Source: Eledone cirrhosa
Lineage: Eukaryota
NCBI GenBank assembly: GCA_964016885.1
Contig: OZ024744.1
Location: forward strand, 33,666,001-33,730,000
Length of the DNA stretch: 64,000 nt
Reading direction: 5' to 3'
Shown here: piece after piece, positions 63,949 to 64,000 of the stretch
How the letters are laid out: every line of letters starts with the position of its first letter
Numbering within the stretch: position 1 is the stretch's first letter
Program-made: the position numbers and the translations under genes
The notes under the pieces: generated by a model
Told to the model about the DNA's origin: nothing
The model's database searches: none
The model's input: only the letters and a program-made list of their open reading frames with translations

Positions 63949-64000
63949 TAGCGAAGTCAATGTACAGAATGGTTTTAATAATGCAGACAGCCAGACATAC

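Overview
Eukaryotic, microsatellite-rich intergenic or intronic DNA with no recognisable host gene. The SINE-like repeats and repeat landscape resemble an octopus-type cephalopod (inference). Contents: (1) three decayed Penelope-like retroelements (PLEs; RT plus GIY-YIG), one with an inverted 1.1-kb terminal duplication; (2) a ~20-kb nest (10.6-31 kb) of non-LTR retrotransposons stacked in an (AAT)n microsatellite, comprising one intact R4/Dong-type RLE element (1130 aa) with truncated copies on +, and several L1/Tx1-type APE elements on -; (3) CR1/L2 and RTE fragments, SINEs, MITEs and a Helentron-like element; (4) an ~11-kb 21-bp-unit G/T-rich minisatellite that produces giant, probably spurious ORFs. 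The most striking signal is invisible to the ORF track: a series of short non-coding fold-back palindromes beside (TA)n tracts. Several carry readable minimal type-I hammerhead ribozymes (CUGAnGA...GAAA...NUH), mirrored on both strands, and others carry half or decayed hammerheads. They look like PLE pLTR-derived, retrozyme-like elements. All calls come from reading the sequence by eye; boundaries are approximate and no database search was run.
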